From the sequence record PQ632788.1: a stretch of 53,253 nt of DNA. The stretch is one strand, 5' to 3'. This DNA comes from Pseudomonas phage Luminis. The notes beneath the pieces are model-generated. The model had not been told where the DNA came from. It made no database searches and worked only from the letters and a program-made list of their open reading frames with translations. The position numbers and the translations under genes were made by a program. Positions 1 through 10,316 of this stretch are shown in pieces (the stretch's first letter is position 1; every line of letters starts with the position of its first letter).

Positions 1-216
1 AAGCGCGTGGTCGCCGTCGCCTTCGGCAAAGGCGAGGATGAGAAGGCTGACGAACTGCGCCAGCGTCTCGCGGACGAGTTCGAGGTGGACGACAACGCCA
101 GTGTCCATCCTTCGACCCTTGCCGCTTTCGTCCGCGAGAAGCTGCGTGAAGGCGAGGAAGTCCCCCTGGACCTGTTCGGGGTCCATCGTCAGCGCGTGTC
201 CAAGATCGAAGTGTGA
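1..216 (+). CDS. 3' end of a hypothetical protein (start lies upstream of the window)
   Basis: Open frame runs from base 1 to a stop at 214-216. No recognisable motif. Confidence 0.35.
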   Translation, partial: KRVVAVAFGKGEDEKADELRQRLADEFEVDDNASVHPSTLAAFVREKLREGEEVPLDLFGVHRQRVSKIEV

Positions 217-358
217 CCAGAATGCCGGAGGACGGCCCCGGGCCTTCCTCCCAACCGAACCGCCCCGCGGGTGACAGCGGGTACAGCCGGTGAGACGGCA
301 GGGCTATTCGACCGGGGGCCCAATCGACCCGCTCACATTGAACCGAAGGAGCCACACC

Positions 359-1198
359 ATGGCCAAGACCGATAGCAAGACCACCGATGTCGCAGTGAAG
401 GAACAGAACACCGCAATGGCGGAGTACGGCGCATATGCCGACTACGCGGGCGCGGGTTTCGAGAACCAGACCAGCGATGACTACAGCATCCCGTTCCTCC
501 AGATTCTTCAGGCCCTCAGCCCGCAGCTTCAGGAGAACGACAGCCTGCGCCAGGGCATGATCCTGAACACCGTGACCGGCGAAGTCTGGGACGGCAAGAA
601 GGGCATCGCCTTCGTCCCGGCGACCACCCAGCACGTGTACGTGGAGTGGAAGCCCCGCGATGCGGGCGGCGGTTTCGTGGGCATCCACGAAGTCAACAGC
701 GATCTGGTGAACCACGCCAAGGCAGCGTCCTCGGAGTATGGCAAGTACAGCACCCCGGACGGCAACGAGCTGATCGAAACCTTCTATGTGTACGGCATCG
801 CGCTGGATGATGACGGCAACGCCTCGGAAGCGGTCCTGGCCTTCAGCTCCACCAAGATCAAGAAGTACAAGGGCTGGATGACCAAGGCCAAGACCATCCA
901 GATTCCGCTGCCGGACGGTCGCCGCATCCCGGCTCCGTTGTTCGCCCACCGCTACCGCCTCAAGACCGTGAGCGAGAAGAACAACAAGGGCCAGTTCTTC
1001 AACTGGGACGCCATCGCCTTCGACGGCGCGAACGCCCAGGAAGCCCGCCTGCTGCCGGATGATCCGCTGTTCCAGTCCGCTGTGAACATCAAGTCGATGA
1101 TCGAGCAGGGCAAGGCCCGCGCTGCCTATGAGTCGCAGGCTCCGGGCTCCGCGGACGAAGAAGCCCAGGGCGCAGGCGGCGGCAAGCCGGTGTTCTGA
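359..1198 (+). CDS. Hypothetical phage protein. Possibly an ssDNA-binding/annealing protein, since it sits directly upstream of the helicase and has a weakly acidic C-terminal tail ending in Phe, as T7 gp2.5 does.
   Basis: ATG 359 (MAKTDSK) is preceded by GAAGGAG. Upstream ATG 290 lacks an RBS. A terminator follows immediately. Confidence 0.55.
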   Translation: MAKTDSKTTDVAVKEQNTAMAEYGAYADYAGAGFENQTSDDYSIPFLQILQALSPQLQENDSLRQGMILNTVTGEVWDGKKGIAFVPATTQHVYVEWKPRDAGGGFVGIHEVNSDLVNHAKAASSEYGKYSTPDGNELIETFYVYGIALDDDGNASEAVLAFSSTKIKKYKGWMTKAKTIQIPLPDGRRIPAPLFAHRYRLKTVSEKNNKGQFFNWDAIAFDGANAQEARLLPDDPLFQSAVNIKSMIEQGKARAAYESQAPGSADEEAQGAGGGKPVF

Positions 1199-1249
1199 TC
1201 TACCGGGAGGACCGACCCGGACGGCCCGCCCCCTCGGGCCGTACCTTCA

Positions 1250-1276
1250 GGGGGCCTTCGTGGCCCCCTTCTTTTC
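1250..1276 (+). terminator. Rho-independent terminator
   Basis: GGGGGCC-TTCGT-GGCCCCC hairpin followed by TTCTTTTCAT. Confidence 0.7.
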
Positions 1277-1299
1277 ATCAGAAACGGAGAACGATCATC

Positions 1300-2493
1300 A
1301 TGTGGAGTCCGCAACAGCAGACCGCGCTGGACCGGGTTGGGCGTTGGCTCAAGACCCGGGACAAGCCCGTGTTCCAGCTCGCCGGGTACGCCGGAACCGG
1401 CAAGACCACCCTGGCCAAACACCTCGCCGCGACCGTCAACGGTCCCGTGTACTTCGCCGCCTACACCGGCAAGGCCGCTCACGTCCTCACGAAGTCCGGG
1501 GCGACCAACGTGAGTACCATTCACAAGCTCATCTACACGCCCAAGGACAAGTCGCAGCAGCGCCTGAAGGAACTTCAAGCGGAGCGGGCGCGGCTCCTCA
1601 CTCACAAGCCCGTCCCGGAAACCCTCGTGGAGAAGGTCGATGCGGCGATCAAGGCGGAGCAGATCAACCTCGCCCGCCCGATGTTCCAGCTCAACACGGA
1701 GTCGCCCCTGTTCGAGGCCGCGCTGCTCGTGGTGGATGAGTATTCCATGATTGACGAGCAGATGGGGGAGGACTTGCTCAGCTTCGGTTGCCCGATCCTC
1801 GCCCTGGGCGATCCGGGGCAGCTCCCGCCCGTGGGCGGCACCCCCTTCTTCAAGAACAAGCCCGACATCCTGCTCACGGAGATTCACCGCCAGGCCCAGG
1901 ACAACCCGATCATCTGGATGTCCAAGGAGGTCCGCGAGGGCCGCGTGCTCCGCCCCGGCGACTACGGTGCCAGCCGCGTGATTCCCTATGGCCGCCTGCC
2001 ACGCGAAGAACTCCGGGACATGGTACTGTCCACTGACCAGCTCCTCGTTGGCAGGAACGCCACGAGAATCACGAGCAACGGACGTGCCCGGGAACTCCTC
2101 GGGCGGACGAACGCCCTGCCCCAGGAAGGCGACAAGCTGGTGTGCCTCCGCAACAACCACGAGGTGGGCCTGCTCAACGGCCAGCTCTGGAAGGTCCGCC
2201 GTGACACGATCTTCGACGGTGACTATGTCATCATGGACATCGAAGGCGAGGACGGCGCGAAGGTCGAAGTCAGCGCCCACCCCCACTACTTCCACGGCAA
2301 CAAGCCGGAGTATTGGGAGCGGAAGGACGCGGAGGAGTTCGACTATGGCTATGCGCTCACCGTCCACAAGTCGCAGGGCTCCCAGTGGAACAACGTCCTG
2401 CTGTTTGACGAGTGGTACGGGAAGGACCGGAAGGAATGGTTGTACACCGCCATTACCAGGGCCGCGGAACGCATCGACCTCGTTATGATGTAG
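1300..2493 (+). CDS. SF1B DNA helicase, RecD/Dda-like
   Basis: Walker A GYAGTGKTT, Walker B VVDEYSM, LALGDPGQLPPV motif, and C-terminal TVHKSQGSQW typical of Dda/RecD/Pif1-like helicases. Confidence 0.85.
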   Translation: MWSPQQQTALDRVGRWLKTRDKPVFQLAGYAGTGKTTLAKHLAATVNGPVYFAAYTGKAAHVLTKSGATNVSTIHKLIYTPKDKSQQRLKELQAERARLLTHKPVPETLVEKVDAAIKAEQINLARPMFQLNTESPLFEAALLVVDEYSMIDEQMGEDLLSFGCPILALGDPGQLPPVGGTPFFKNKPDILLTEIHRQAQDNPIIWMSKEVREGRVLRPGDYGASRVIPYGRLPREELRDMVLSTDQLLVGRNATRITSNGRARELLGRTNALPQEGDKLVCLRNNHEVGLLNGQLWKVRRDTIFDGDYVIMDIEGEDGAKVEVSAHPHYFHGNKPEYWERKDAEEFDYGYALTVHKSQGSQWNNVLLFDEWYGKDRKEWLYTAITRAAERIDLVMM

Positions 2494-2514
2494 CCCAAGA
2501 ACAGGAGCAACGAT

Positions 2515-4377
2515 ATGATAGAAAGCCCTCAACCCTTCAAGGAGACTCGCAAAATGCACGGTCCTCAAGTACCCTACTCACAAGAACTACACGCCCAGAA
2601 GTACCGCGGCAGCGGCGAGTCCTTCCGCGAGGCCATGAACCGGATCGCCGCGGCCCTGAAGGACGATGACCAGCACTTCGCGGACTTCCGGGACGCCCTC
2701 CTGGGCATGCGCTTCCTTCCGGCGGGCCGCATCCAGTCCGCGATGGGCTCCACTCGCCAGGTCACGCCATACAACTGCTATGTCTCCGGGACGATCAACG
2801 ACAGCTTCGTGGACGGCGAAGGCTCCATCATGGTCCGGGCCGCGGAAGCCGCAGCCACGATGCGGATGGGCGGCGGGATCGGCTATGACTTCAGCACCCT
2901 CCGTCCTCGCGGCGACCTGATCCGCAAGCTCCAGTCCCACTCCTCCGGCCCCATCAGCTTCATGCACATCTTCGACGCGATCTGCAAGTGCGTCGCCTCC
3001 TCCGGCCATCGCCGCGGAGCCCAGATGGGGGTGATGCGCGTGGACCATCCCGACATCGAGGAGTTCATTCACGCCAAGCAACCCGGGAAGGACGTTCAGC
3101 CGCTCTGGGACCTCGTGGCCGAACTCCCGGAAGGAGCCCAGAAGCAGCAGTTGGTCATGTCCCTTCAGCAGACCCTGAAGCTGACCGGCTTCAACGTCTC
3201 CGTCGCCATCACCGACAAGTTCATGGAGTGCGTCGCCTCCGGCGAGCCGTTCCCCCTCACCTTCGAGGGCCGGACCTACCGCGAAGTGGACGCCCGGGCG
3301 CTGTGGGACGCGATCATGCGCGGGACCTGGGACTGGGCGGAGCCCGGGGTGCTGTTCATCGACGCGATCAACCGCATGAACAACCTCTGGTACTGCGAGA
3401 CCCTCGCCGCCACCAACCCCTGCGGTGAGCAACCGCTCCCGCCCTACGGTGCCTGCTTGTTGGGCTCCTTCAACTTGGTCAAGTACATCTTCAAGGACGG
3501 GGCGGGCCGCTACGCCTTCGACTGGGACCAGTACCGCGAGGACATCCCGCAGGTGGTCCGCGCGATGGACAACGTGGTTGATCGCGCGATCTACCCGCTG
3601 CCGCAGCAGAAGCAGGAAGCCAAGGACAAGCGCCGCATGGGCCTCGGGATCACCGGCCTGGCCAACGCTGCCGAAGCCCTGGGCCATGAGTACGGTTCGC
3701 CCGCCTTCCTCGCCTTCGAGGCGGAGGTGCTGGACACGCTGCGTGACGAGTCCTACCTGGCCAGCGCCCACATCGCCAAGGTCAAGGGCTCCTTCCCGAA
3801 GTTCGACAAGGACAAGTACCTTCAGGGCCAGTTCATCAAGACCCTCCGCGAGGACGTGCGGGACGCCATCGCCAAATACGGCATCCGCAACTCCCACCTC
3901 ACTTCCATCGCCCCGACCGGGACCATCAGCCTGTGCGCCGACAACGTCAGCTCCGGGATTGAGCCGGTGTTCGCCTACAGCTTCGACCGCACCGTGATCG
4001 AGTTCAGCGGCCCGCGGGTGGAGACGGTGGAGGACTACGGTGCCCGCGTGTTCGGGGTCCGCGGCAAGGCCTGCTCCCGCGTCACCGTCCAGGAGCACGT
4101 CGCCGCCCTGACCGTCGCGGCCCAGCGGGTCGATTCCGCGGTGAGCAAGACCTGCAACGTGCCTTCCGACATCAGCTGGGAGGACTTCAAGAACGTGTAC
4201 GTGAGCGCCTGGGAAGGCGGGGCGAAGGGCTGCACCACCTTCCGCTTGGGCGGGAAGCGGTCGGGCATCCTCGTGGTGAAGGATGACGGCGGCGAGCCCG
4301 AAGCGGACGCCCCGGCGGAGGAGCCGGCAAGCCAGTGTCGCATTGACCCGGCCACCGGACGGAGGGAGTGCGAGTGA
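2515..4377 (+). CDS. nrdJ: Ribonucleotide reductase, single-subunit, probably class II (adenosylcobalamin-dependent, NrdJ-like)
   Basis: RNR active-site motif NPCGEQPLPPYGACLLGSFNL. C-terminal Cys pair CRIDPATGRREC. No NrdB or NrdG partner in the window. Alternative start ATG 2554. Confidence 0.75.
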   Translation: MIESPQPFKETRKMHGPQVPYSQELHAQKYRGSGESFREAMNRIAAALKDDDQHFADFRDALLGMRFLPAGRIQSAMGSTRQVTPYNCYVSGTINDSFVDGEGSIMVRAAEAAATMRMGGGIGYDFSTLRPRGDLIRKLQSHSSGPISFMHIFDAICKCVASSGHRRGAQMGVMRVDHPDIEEFIHAKQPGKDVQPLWDLVAELPEGAQKQQLVMSLQQTLKLTGFNVSVAITDKFMECVASGEPFPLTFEGRTYREVDARALWDAIMRGTWDWAEPGVLFIDAINRMNNLWYCETLAATNPCGEQPLPPYGACLLGSFNLVKYIFKDGAGRYAFDWDQYREDIPQVVRAMDNVVDRAIYPLPQQKQEAKDKRRMGLGITGLANAAEALGHEYGSPAFLAFEAEVLDTLRDESYLASAHIAKVKGSFPKFDKDKYLQGQFIKTLREDVRDAIAKYGIRNSHLTSIAPTGTISLCADNVSSGIEPVFAYSFDRTVIEFSGPRVETVEDYGARVFGVRGKACSRVTVQEHVAALTVAAQRVDSAVSKTCNVPSDISWEDFKNVYVSAWEGGAKGCTTFRLGGKRSGILVVKDDGGEPEADAPAEEPASQCRIDPATGRRECE

Positions 4378-4559
4378 AAGAACTGGGCCTGAAGGCGGTC
4401 CTGCTGATCGCCGCCGGGTTCTTGCTCATGACCGGGATGCGCCTTGCTGAATGGGCCATCCCGGTCCCGGAGCGGACCCTCAAACTGAACGTCACCCAAG
4501 AAATGGAGGAACCCGAAGATGAACAAGCCCCTGCTGATCGGCCAAGCACCCGGACCTAA
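4368..4559 (+). CDS. Small putative membrane protein
   Basis: GTG start overlapping the RNR stop. One hydrophobic helix LKAVLLIAAGFLLMTGM. Moderate GC3. Overlaps the next gene by 40 nt. Confidence 0.3.
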   Translation: MRVKELGLKAVLLIAAGFLLMTGMRLAEWAIPVPERTLKLNVTQEMEEPEDEQAPADRPSTRT

Positions 4560-5025
4560 CACGGACCCCGACCGGCCCCTGGCTCCCCTCCCGCGGTCCT
4601 CCGCGGGAGGGCGTCTGGCGGAGCTGGCGGGCCTATCGCCCAAGGACTACCTCAAGACCTTCGACCGCACCAACCTGCTCCACACCTTCCCGGGGCGCTG
4701 GAAGCGGGACGACAAGTGGCCCGCCCGGGACGCGGGGATTGCCGCAGCCGCGATGAAGCCCTTGTTGGGCGGTCGGCACGTCATCCTCGTTGGGCGGAAC
4801 GTCGCAGAGGCTTTCGGCTATCCGGCCCAGCACTTGGACTTCCACCAGTGGTTTGCGGATGATCGCTGGGGCTTCGAGGTCGCTGTGGTTCCGCACACCT
4901 CGGGGCGCAACCATTGGTACAGGAAGCCGGGGCACGAGGACGCCGCCCGGGCCTTCTGGGAAGAAGTTGTACAACGGTTCGCCCTCCGCCGCCCAACGGT
5001 TGTTGGCCTTCGGACCGGGACCTGA
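4519..5025 (+). CDS. Uracil-DNA glycosylase superfamily protein
   Basis: UDG motif A-like GQAPG near the N-terminus and motif B-like VVPHTSGRNHWY near the C-terminus. GGAGG RBS. Confidence 0.5.
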   Translation: MNKPLLIGQAPGPNTDPDRPLAPLPRSSAGGRLAELAGLSPKDYLKTFDRTNLLHTFPGRWKRDDKWPARDAGIAAAAMKPLLGGRHVILVGRNVAEAFGYPAQHLDFHQWFADDRWGFEVAVVPHTSGRNHWYRKPGHEDAARAFWEEVVQRFALRRPTVVGLRTGT

Positions 5026-5043
5026 AAAAGTTTAGTCAAACCA

Positions 5044-5075
5044 CTTTACTTCTTCGGGGGCTGGGGTTAAGATTC
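5044..5075 (+). promoter_or_regulatory. Phage promoter copy 1 (conserved CTTTACTTCTTCGG element)
   Basis: CTTTACTTCTTCGG with TTTACT at 5045-5050, a 17 nt spacer, then TAAGAT at 5068-5073. Downstream SD context CAGAAAAGGAG. Confidence 0.6.
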
Positions 5076-5124
5076 TCTCACGGTCGAACAAGATCGCACC
5101 TCAACCCCAGAAAAGGAGCCTACC

Positions 5125-5808
5125 ATGAACGCCATCAACTTCAACAACGTCGCCTACACCGAAGCCTCCCTGAGCGAGCTGTCCGGCCCGGCCCTGGTCG
5201 AGCTGTACAACGAAGTCATCGGCACCTTCCGCAACGGTGAGTCCGTCCCGAACGTCCGCCGCTTTGCCGACAAGACCACCGCCATTGCCCGCACCTGGAA
5301 GATGCTTCAGCGTTATGCCGAAGCGCACCCGGAAGTTGAGGCTGACGAGCAGGCCGAACCCCAGAAGGTCGAAACCGTGAACGAAACCGCAACCCCCGCC
5401 CCCGTCGCTGCTCCGAAGGCCCAGAAGGCTCCGAAGTCCGCGGAGGAGAAGAAGGCCCGCGCCCCGCGCGGCACCAACCTGGCCGCCCCGGGCCACGCCC
5501 CGATCCCCTGCCGCGAGGGCTCGAAGCAGGCCATGCTCCTGGACATGCTGTCCCGCCCGAACGGTGCGACCATGGCTGAACTGATCGAAGCCCTGAGTGG
5601 CGGCAACAAGCCCTGGACCGAAGCCACCGTGCGCTCTGGCTTCGGCTGGGACATGAAGCTGAAGGGCTACGGGGTCCGCTCCGCCTTCGCCGCGGACGGC
5701 ACTGAGCGGTTCCACATCGTGGTCCCGGAAGGCCACGCGATCCCGGCCCACAAGCCGCTGAAGTCCGCCCCGAAGGCTGACGCCCGCCAGACCCGCCTGG
5801 TTGACTGA
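5125..5808 (+). CDS. Hypothetical protein with Ala/Lys/Pro-rich linker and a C-terminal DUF3489-like winged-helix-like domain
   Basis: First gene after promoter copy 1. AAGGAG RBS. C-terminal segment SKQAMLLDMLSRPNGATMAELIEAL...WTEATVRSGF. Confidence 0.6.
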   Translation: MNAINFNNVAYTEASLSELSGPALVELYNEVIGTFRNGESVPNVRRFADKTTAIARTWKMLQRYAEAHPEVEADEQAEPQKVETVNETATPAPVAAPKAQKAPKSAEEKKARAPRGTNLAAPGHAPIPCREGSKQAMLLDMLSRPNGATMAELIEALSGGNKPWTEATVRSGFGWDMKLKGYGVRSAFAADGTERFHIVVPEGHAIPAHKPLKSAPKADARQTRLVD

Positions 5809-5818
5809 GGCAAGGGTC

Positions 5819-6082
5819 ATGGGAGCCTCGGAGCGCACCTATGACTACCTGATCCGCCGGGTGGAGTACCCGGCGGAGCGGGGATACAGAATGGAGCCCT
5901 TCAAGCTACCTCCGTGGATTCACGTGGTGATCACGGAGGACGGCGACAGCAAGTGGCTGACGGTCCATTCCCGTATTCATGTCAACAAAGAAGTCCGCAT
6001 GGAGCCTTCCTTCAGTCGCCAATTCTCTGATTGGGACATCTTGAAGGACCTGAGCGGGAAAATCAGTCACGCATACTTGTGA
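5819..6082 (+). CDS. Hypothetical protein
   Basis: ATG 5819 within ORF 5801-6082. GC3 drops in the second half. Confidence 0.4.
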   Translation: MGASERTYDYLIRRVEYPAERGYRMEPFKLPPWIHVVITEDGDSKWLTVHSRIHVNKEVRMEPSFSRQFSDWDILKDLSGKISHAYL

Positions 6083-6967
<885 letters not shown>

Positions 6968-6968
6968 G

Positions 6969-7805
6969 ATGATCGTCAACAACACCCCGGTCGAAACCTA
7001 TGAGCTCAACGGGGTCCCGATCCTCGTGAAGCGGGAGGACCTGTGCGCCCCGCTCCCGGGTCCGTCCTTCAGCAAGATTCGCGGAGTTGTCGCCCATATC
7101 AAGAACCGGCCTGAGACCACCATCGGCTGTCTGGACACGTACCACTCGAAGGCGGGCTGGGCGGTCGCCTACGTCTGCCAGCAGCTCGGGAAACAGGCCG
7201 TGGACTACTGGCCCCGCTTCAAGCGCGACGGGGCCGCGGACGCCCCGCGCGTCCAACAGCAGCACGCTCGCCAGCTCGGGGCGGACCTCGTGGACATCCC
7301 GGCGGGCCGCTCCGCGATCCTGTACCATACGGCCAAGAAGCACCTGCGGGAGAACTACCACGACAGCTACCTGATGCCGAACGCCCTGAAGCTCCCGGAG
7401 TCGATCACGGAGAACGCCGCGGAGGCCGTCCGCACCGCCCCGCACCTCCCGGACTCCGGGACCCTGGTCATCAGTATCAGCTCGGGGACGGTCGCCGCCG
7501 GGGTGCTCAAGGGCTTCGAGGAGGCGGGCCTGCTCCGCAACTACAACGTCATCCTCCACATGGGATACTCGCGGAGCCAGGACGCCACCCGGGAGTACAT
7601 CGAGAAGGCCGCGGGCCTGACCTTGGGCGACAGGATCAAGTTCATTGACGAGGGCTACGGGTACGCGGACGCGGCCCGGGACGCCTCCGCCCCGTTCCCC
7701 TGCAACCCGTTCTATGATCTGAAGGCTTGGAAGTGGCTGAGTGACCCGCTCAACCTGGCTTCCGTCCATCCACGCCCCATCGTGTTCTGGAACATCGGGT
7801 CATGA
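6969..7805 (+). CDS. PLP-dependent enzyme, fold-type II (ACC deaminase / D-cysteine desulfhydrase / Trp-synthase-beta superfamily)
   Basis: N-terminal ILVKREDLCAPLPGPSFSKIRG matches the PALP family lysine region. ATG 6969 overlaps the upstream stop (TGAGATG). Confidence 0.65.
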   Translation: MIVNNTPVETYELNGVPILVKREDLCAPLPGPSFSKIRGVVAHIKNRPETTIGCLDTYHSKAGWAVAYVCQQLGKQAVDYWPRFKRDGAADAPRVQQQHARQLGADLVDIPAGRSAILYHTAKKHLRENYHDSYLMPNALKLPESITENAAEAVRTAPHLPDSGTLVISISSGTVAAGVLKGFEEAGLLRNYNVILHMGYSRSQDATREYIEKAAGLTLGDRIKFIDEGYGYADAARDASAPFPCNPFYDLKAWKWLSDPLNLASVHPRPIVFWNIGS

Positions 7806-8182
7806 CGGACCGGCTCGCCTACTTCAACGACCGTTATCAGGAGGACCCGGAGACGGGGTGCTGGGTTTGGACCGGCTCTCGGGTCAATGGCCTGTACGGT
7901 TGCGCCAACATCGACTACAAGCAGACGTTGGCGCACCGGCTATCCTTCGAGCTGTTCAACGGCCCGATCCCGGACGGCGACAACGTCTGTCATCGCTGTG
8001 ACCGACCGTTGTGCGTCAATCCCAAGCATCTGTTCCTCGGGTCCCAGAAGGACAACTTGGAGGACATGACGCGGAAGGGTCGCCGCGCGGTGGGGCAGTT
8101 CGCCGGTCGCCGGCACTCGGAGGAGACGAAGGCCAAGATGTCCGCCGCCCGGAAGCGGTGGTGGGCGAGTCGGGCCAATTAA
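7802..8182 (+). CDS. HNH homing endonuclease
   Basis: HNH core AHRLSFELFNG...VCHRCDRPLCVNPKHLFLGSQKDN. Basic C-terminal tail. Inserted between metabolic genes. Confidence 0.8.
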   Translation: MTDRLAYFNDRYQEDPETGCWVWTGSRVNGLYGCANIDYKQTLAHRLSFELFNGPIPDGDNVCHRCDRPLCVNPKHLFLGSQKDNLEDMTRKGRRAVGQFAGRRHSEETKAKMSAARKRWWASRAN

Positions 8183-8187
8183 CGCCG

Positions 8188-8218
8188 CTTTACTTCTTCC
8201 GGGTAAGGCACTAGACTT
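8188..8218 (+). promoter_or_regulatory. Phage promoter copy 2
   Basis: CGCTTTACTTCTTCCGG with TTTACT at 8189-8194, a 17 nt spacer, then TAGACT at 8212-8217. Confidence 0.55.
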
Positions 8219-8244
8219 TTTCGCAATAGATGAGGAGTTGAACT

Positions 8245-9687
8245 ATGGACCACGCAGCATGGCTGAATGAAGAAACCGGCGAAGCCGCTCAGGAGGCTTA
8301 CAAGTATTTCATGCGCCCGGACCCGAACCAACGGGAGTTCCTGGGCCCAATCGAGGAGGAGGATGACCCGCTGACCGGCATGCGCGCGAAGTTCCGCATG
8401 GCCAAGGTGGGGATGGTCCGCAACGCGAAGGATGACGACAAGAAGGAGGTCAAGGTGTATCTTGGCTTCAATGACGTCACCTACCTCCCGCACATCCGCA
8501 TCCCGAACGCCAAGCCCCTTCAGGGCTGGTACCAGGACAAGCACAACGACAAGCGAGGCTCCCGCGCCCGCCCCTGCTTCAGCGAGGCGATCCTGACGGA
8601 GCCTTATGGGGGCTACTGCACCGTGGGTTGCGCCTTCTGCTACGTCAACAGCGGGTTCCGGGGCTACCGCGGCACCGGCCTCATCAGCGTCCCGGTGAAC
8701 TACGGCGAGCAGGTCCGCAACATGCTCTCGAAGTCCCGGACCTCCGCCGCGGGCTACTTCTCCAGCTTCACGGACCCCTTCCTGCCGATTGAGGACGTGT
8801 ACCACAACACCCAGCAGGGGGCGGAAGCCTTCGTGGAGTTGGGCCTGCCCATCTTCTTCCTGAGCCGTCTCAGCTACCCGTCCTGGGCCATCGACCTCCT
8901 GAAGCGGAACCCCTACAGCTACGCCCAGAAGTCGCTGAACACCGGCAACGACCGCGATTGGCACAAGCTGTCCCCCGGGGCCATTTCCCTCCAGGACCAT
9001 ATTGACGAAATCGCGGAGCTGCGCCGTCAGGGCATCTACACGTCCATTCAGGTCAATCCAGTGGTCCCGGGGATCGTCACCCATGACGACATCCGCCACC
9101 TGTTCGAGCGCCTGGCCGCGGTCGGCAACAACCACGTGATCGTGAAGTTTGTGGAAGCGGGCTACAGCTGGGCTCCGGCGATGATCGAACGCCTCCACAA
9201 GCGGTTCGGGCCGGAGCGCACCAAAGCCTTCACGGACCTGTTCACGGAGAACCAGGCCGGAGCCCAAAAGACCATCGCGGAGCCGTACCGGGTCGAAGCC
9301 CACCAGCTGTACCGGAAGTGGGCGACGGAGCTGGGCATGACCTACGCGACGTGCTATGAGTACCGCCGCGGGAAGCCCGGAACCGGCGAACCGGCCTGGC
9401 TTTCGATGGGCCGTGAAATGATCACCGCGGACCAGTGCCACGGCCAGCGCGTCCCGATGTTCACCCGGACCGATCTGGGCCATCCCTTCCAGGAGGTCAA
9501 GGAGTGCGCCCCCACCGGCTGTCTCCACTGCGCGGACGACAACGAGGGCAAGCCCCGCTGCGGTTCGGAACTGTTCGGGGCGGCGAAGGCTCTGCGCTCG
9601 CCCGACTTCAAGAAGATCGTGGAACCGACCCCGCCGGAGGAGGACGGCGGCGAGCGCAAGATCATCCCGATCACGCAGATTGACTGA
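8245..9687 (+). CDS. Radical SAM enzyme, SPL-like (DNA-acting radical SAM family)
   Basis: CxxxCxxC cluster in GGYCTVGCAFCYVNSG. GAGGAG RBS. Confidence 0.8.
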   Translation: MDHAAWLNEETGEAAQEAYKYFMRPDPNQREFLGPIEEEDDPLTGMRAKFRMAKVGMVRNAKDDDKKEVKVYLGFNDVTYLPHIRIPNAKPLQGWYQDKHNDKRGSRARPCFSEAILTEPYGGYCTVGCAFCYVNSGFRGYRGTGLISVPVNYGEQVRNMLSKSRTSAAGYFSSFTDPFLPIEDVYHNTQQGAEAFVELGLPIFFLSRLSYPSWAIDLLKRNPYSYAQKSLNTGNDRDWHKLSPGAISLQDHIDEIAELRRQGIYTSIQVNPVVPGIVTHDDIRHLFERLAAVGNNHVIVKFVEAGYSWAPAMIERLHKRFGPERTKAFTDLFTENQAGAQKTIAEPYRVEAHQLYRKWATELGMTYATCYEYRRGKPGTGEPAWLSMGREMITADQCHGQRVPMFTRTDLGHPFQEVKECAPTGCLHCADDNEGKPRCGSELFGAAKALRSPDFKKIVEPTPPEEDGGERKIIPITQID

Positions 9688-9695
9688 GCAACCCA

Positions 9696-9721
9696 GGCGG
9701 GGCTCCGGCTCCGCCGTTTTC
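9696..9721 (+). terminator. Terminator hairpin with UCCG tetraloop
   Basis: GGCGGGGC-TCCG-GCTCCGCC followed by GTTTTC. Confidence 0.55.
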
Positions 9722-9741
9722 AACTGAAAGGGAGAACCAAT

Positions 9742-10305
9742 ATGAAGTACATCAACGTGCGGGGCTGTAACGGCTCCGGCAAGACCACCCTGCTGCGCTG
9801 CCTGGCCCGCGATCCGCTTTGCCGCGTCATCAACGTCATCGTCCCGGACCACAAGCCGATCCCGGTGACGTATGCCCCGGACGGCATCGCCATCATCGGG
9901 GACTACACCCCCGCCGCCGCCGGAGCGACCACCGCCGGTCTGGACCGGATCAAGACCCAAGCCGCGGCCAAGGCCGTTGCGGAGCTGGTTGGGCGGGACC
10001 CGGACGTGAAGGCGGTCCTGTTCGAGGGCGTGGTGGTCAGTACCATCTACGGTCCGTGGGCAGAGTGGTCGAAGGCGAACGGCGGAATGATCTGGGCCTT
10101 CCTGGACACGCCGCTCGAAGTCTGCCTGAAGCGCATCCAGGAGCGCAACGGCGGGAAGCCCATCAAGGAGGACCAGGTGGCCGACAAGCACCGTACCATC
10201 GCCCGGGTCCGCGAGAAGGCCCTGGCGGACGGCGAGACGGTCCGCGACATCCACTGGGAGACGGCCCTGAAGGACATCAAGGCCGTCATCGAGAATTTGG
10301 GCTGA
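9742..10305 (+). CDS. P-loop nucleotide/DNA kinase (5-hydroxymethyluracil DNA kinase-like candidate)
   Basis: Walker A GCNGSGKTTLL near the N-terminus, about 187 aa. Adjacent to the transferase-like paralogs. Confidence 0.65.
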   Translation: MKYINVRGCNGSGKTTLLRCLARDPLCRVINVIVPDHKPIPVTYAPDGIAIIGDYTPAAAGATTAGLDRIKTQAAAKAVAELVGRDPDVKAVLFEGVVVSTIYGPWAEWSKANGGMIWAFLDTPLEVCLKRIQERNGGKPIKEDQVADKHRTIARVREKALADGETVRDIHWETALKDIKAVIENLG

Positions 10306-10316
10306 GGACCCCGACT

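Noticed and set aside
9819-10316. N-terminal extension of track ORF 9819-11306
   Set aside because: It overlaps the kinase gene in another frame and is Arg/Pro/Gly-rich. The real start is ATG 10317 with an RBS.
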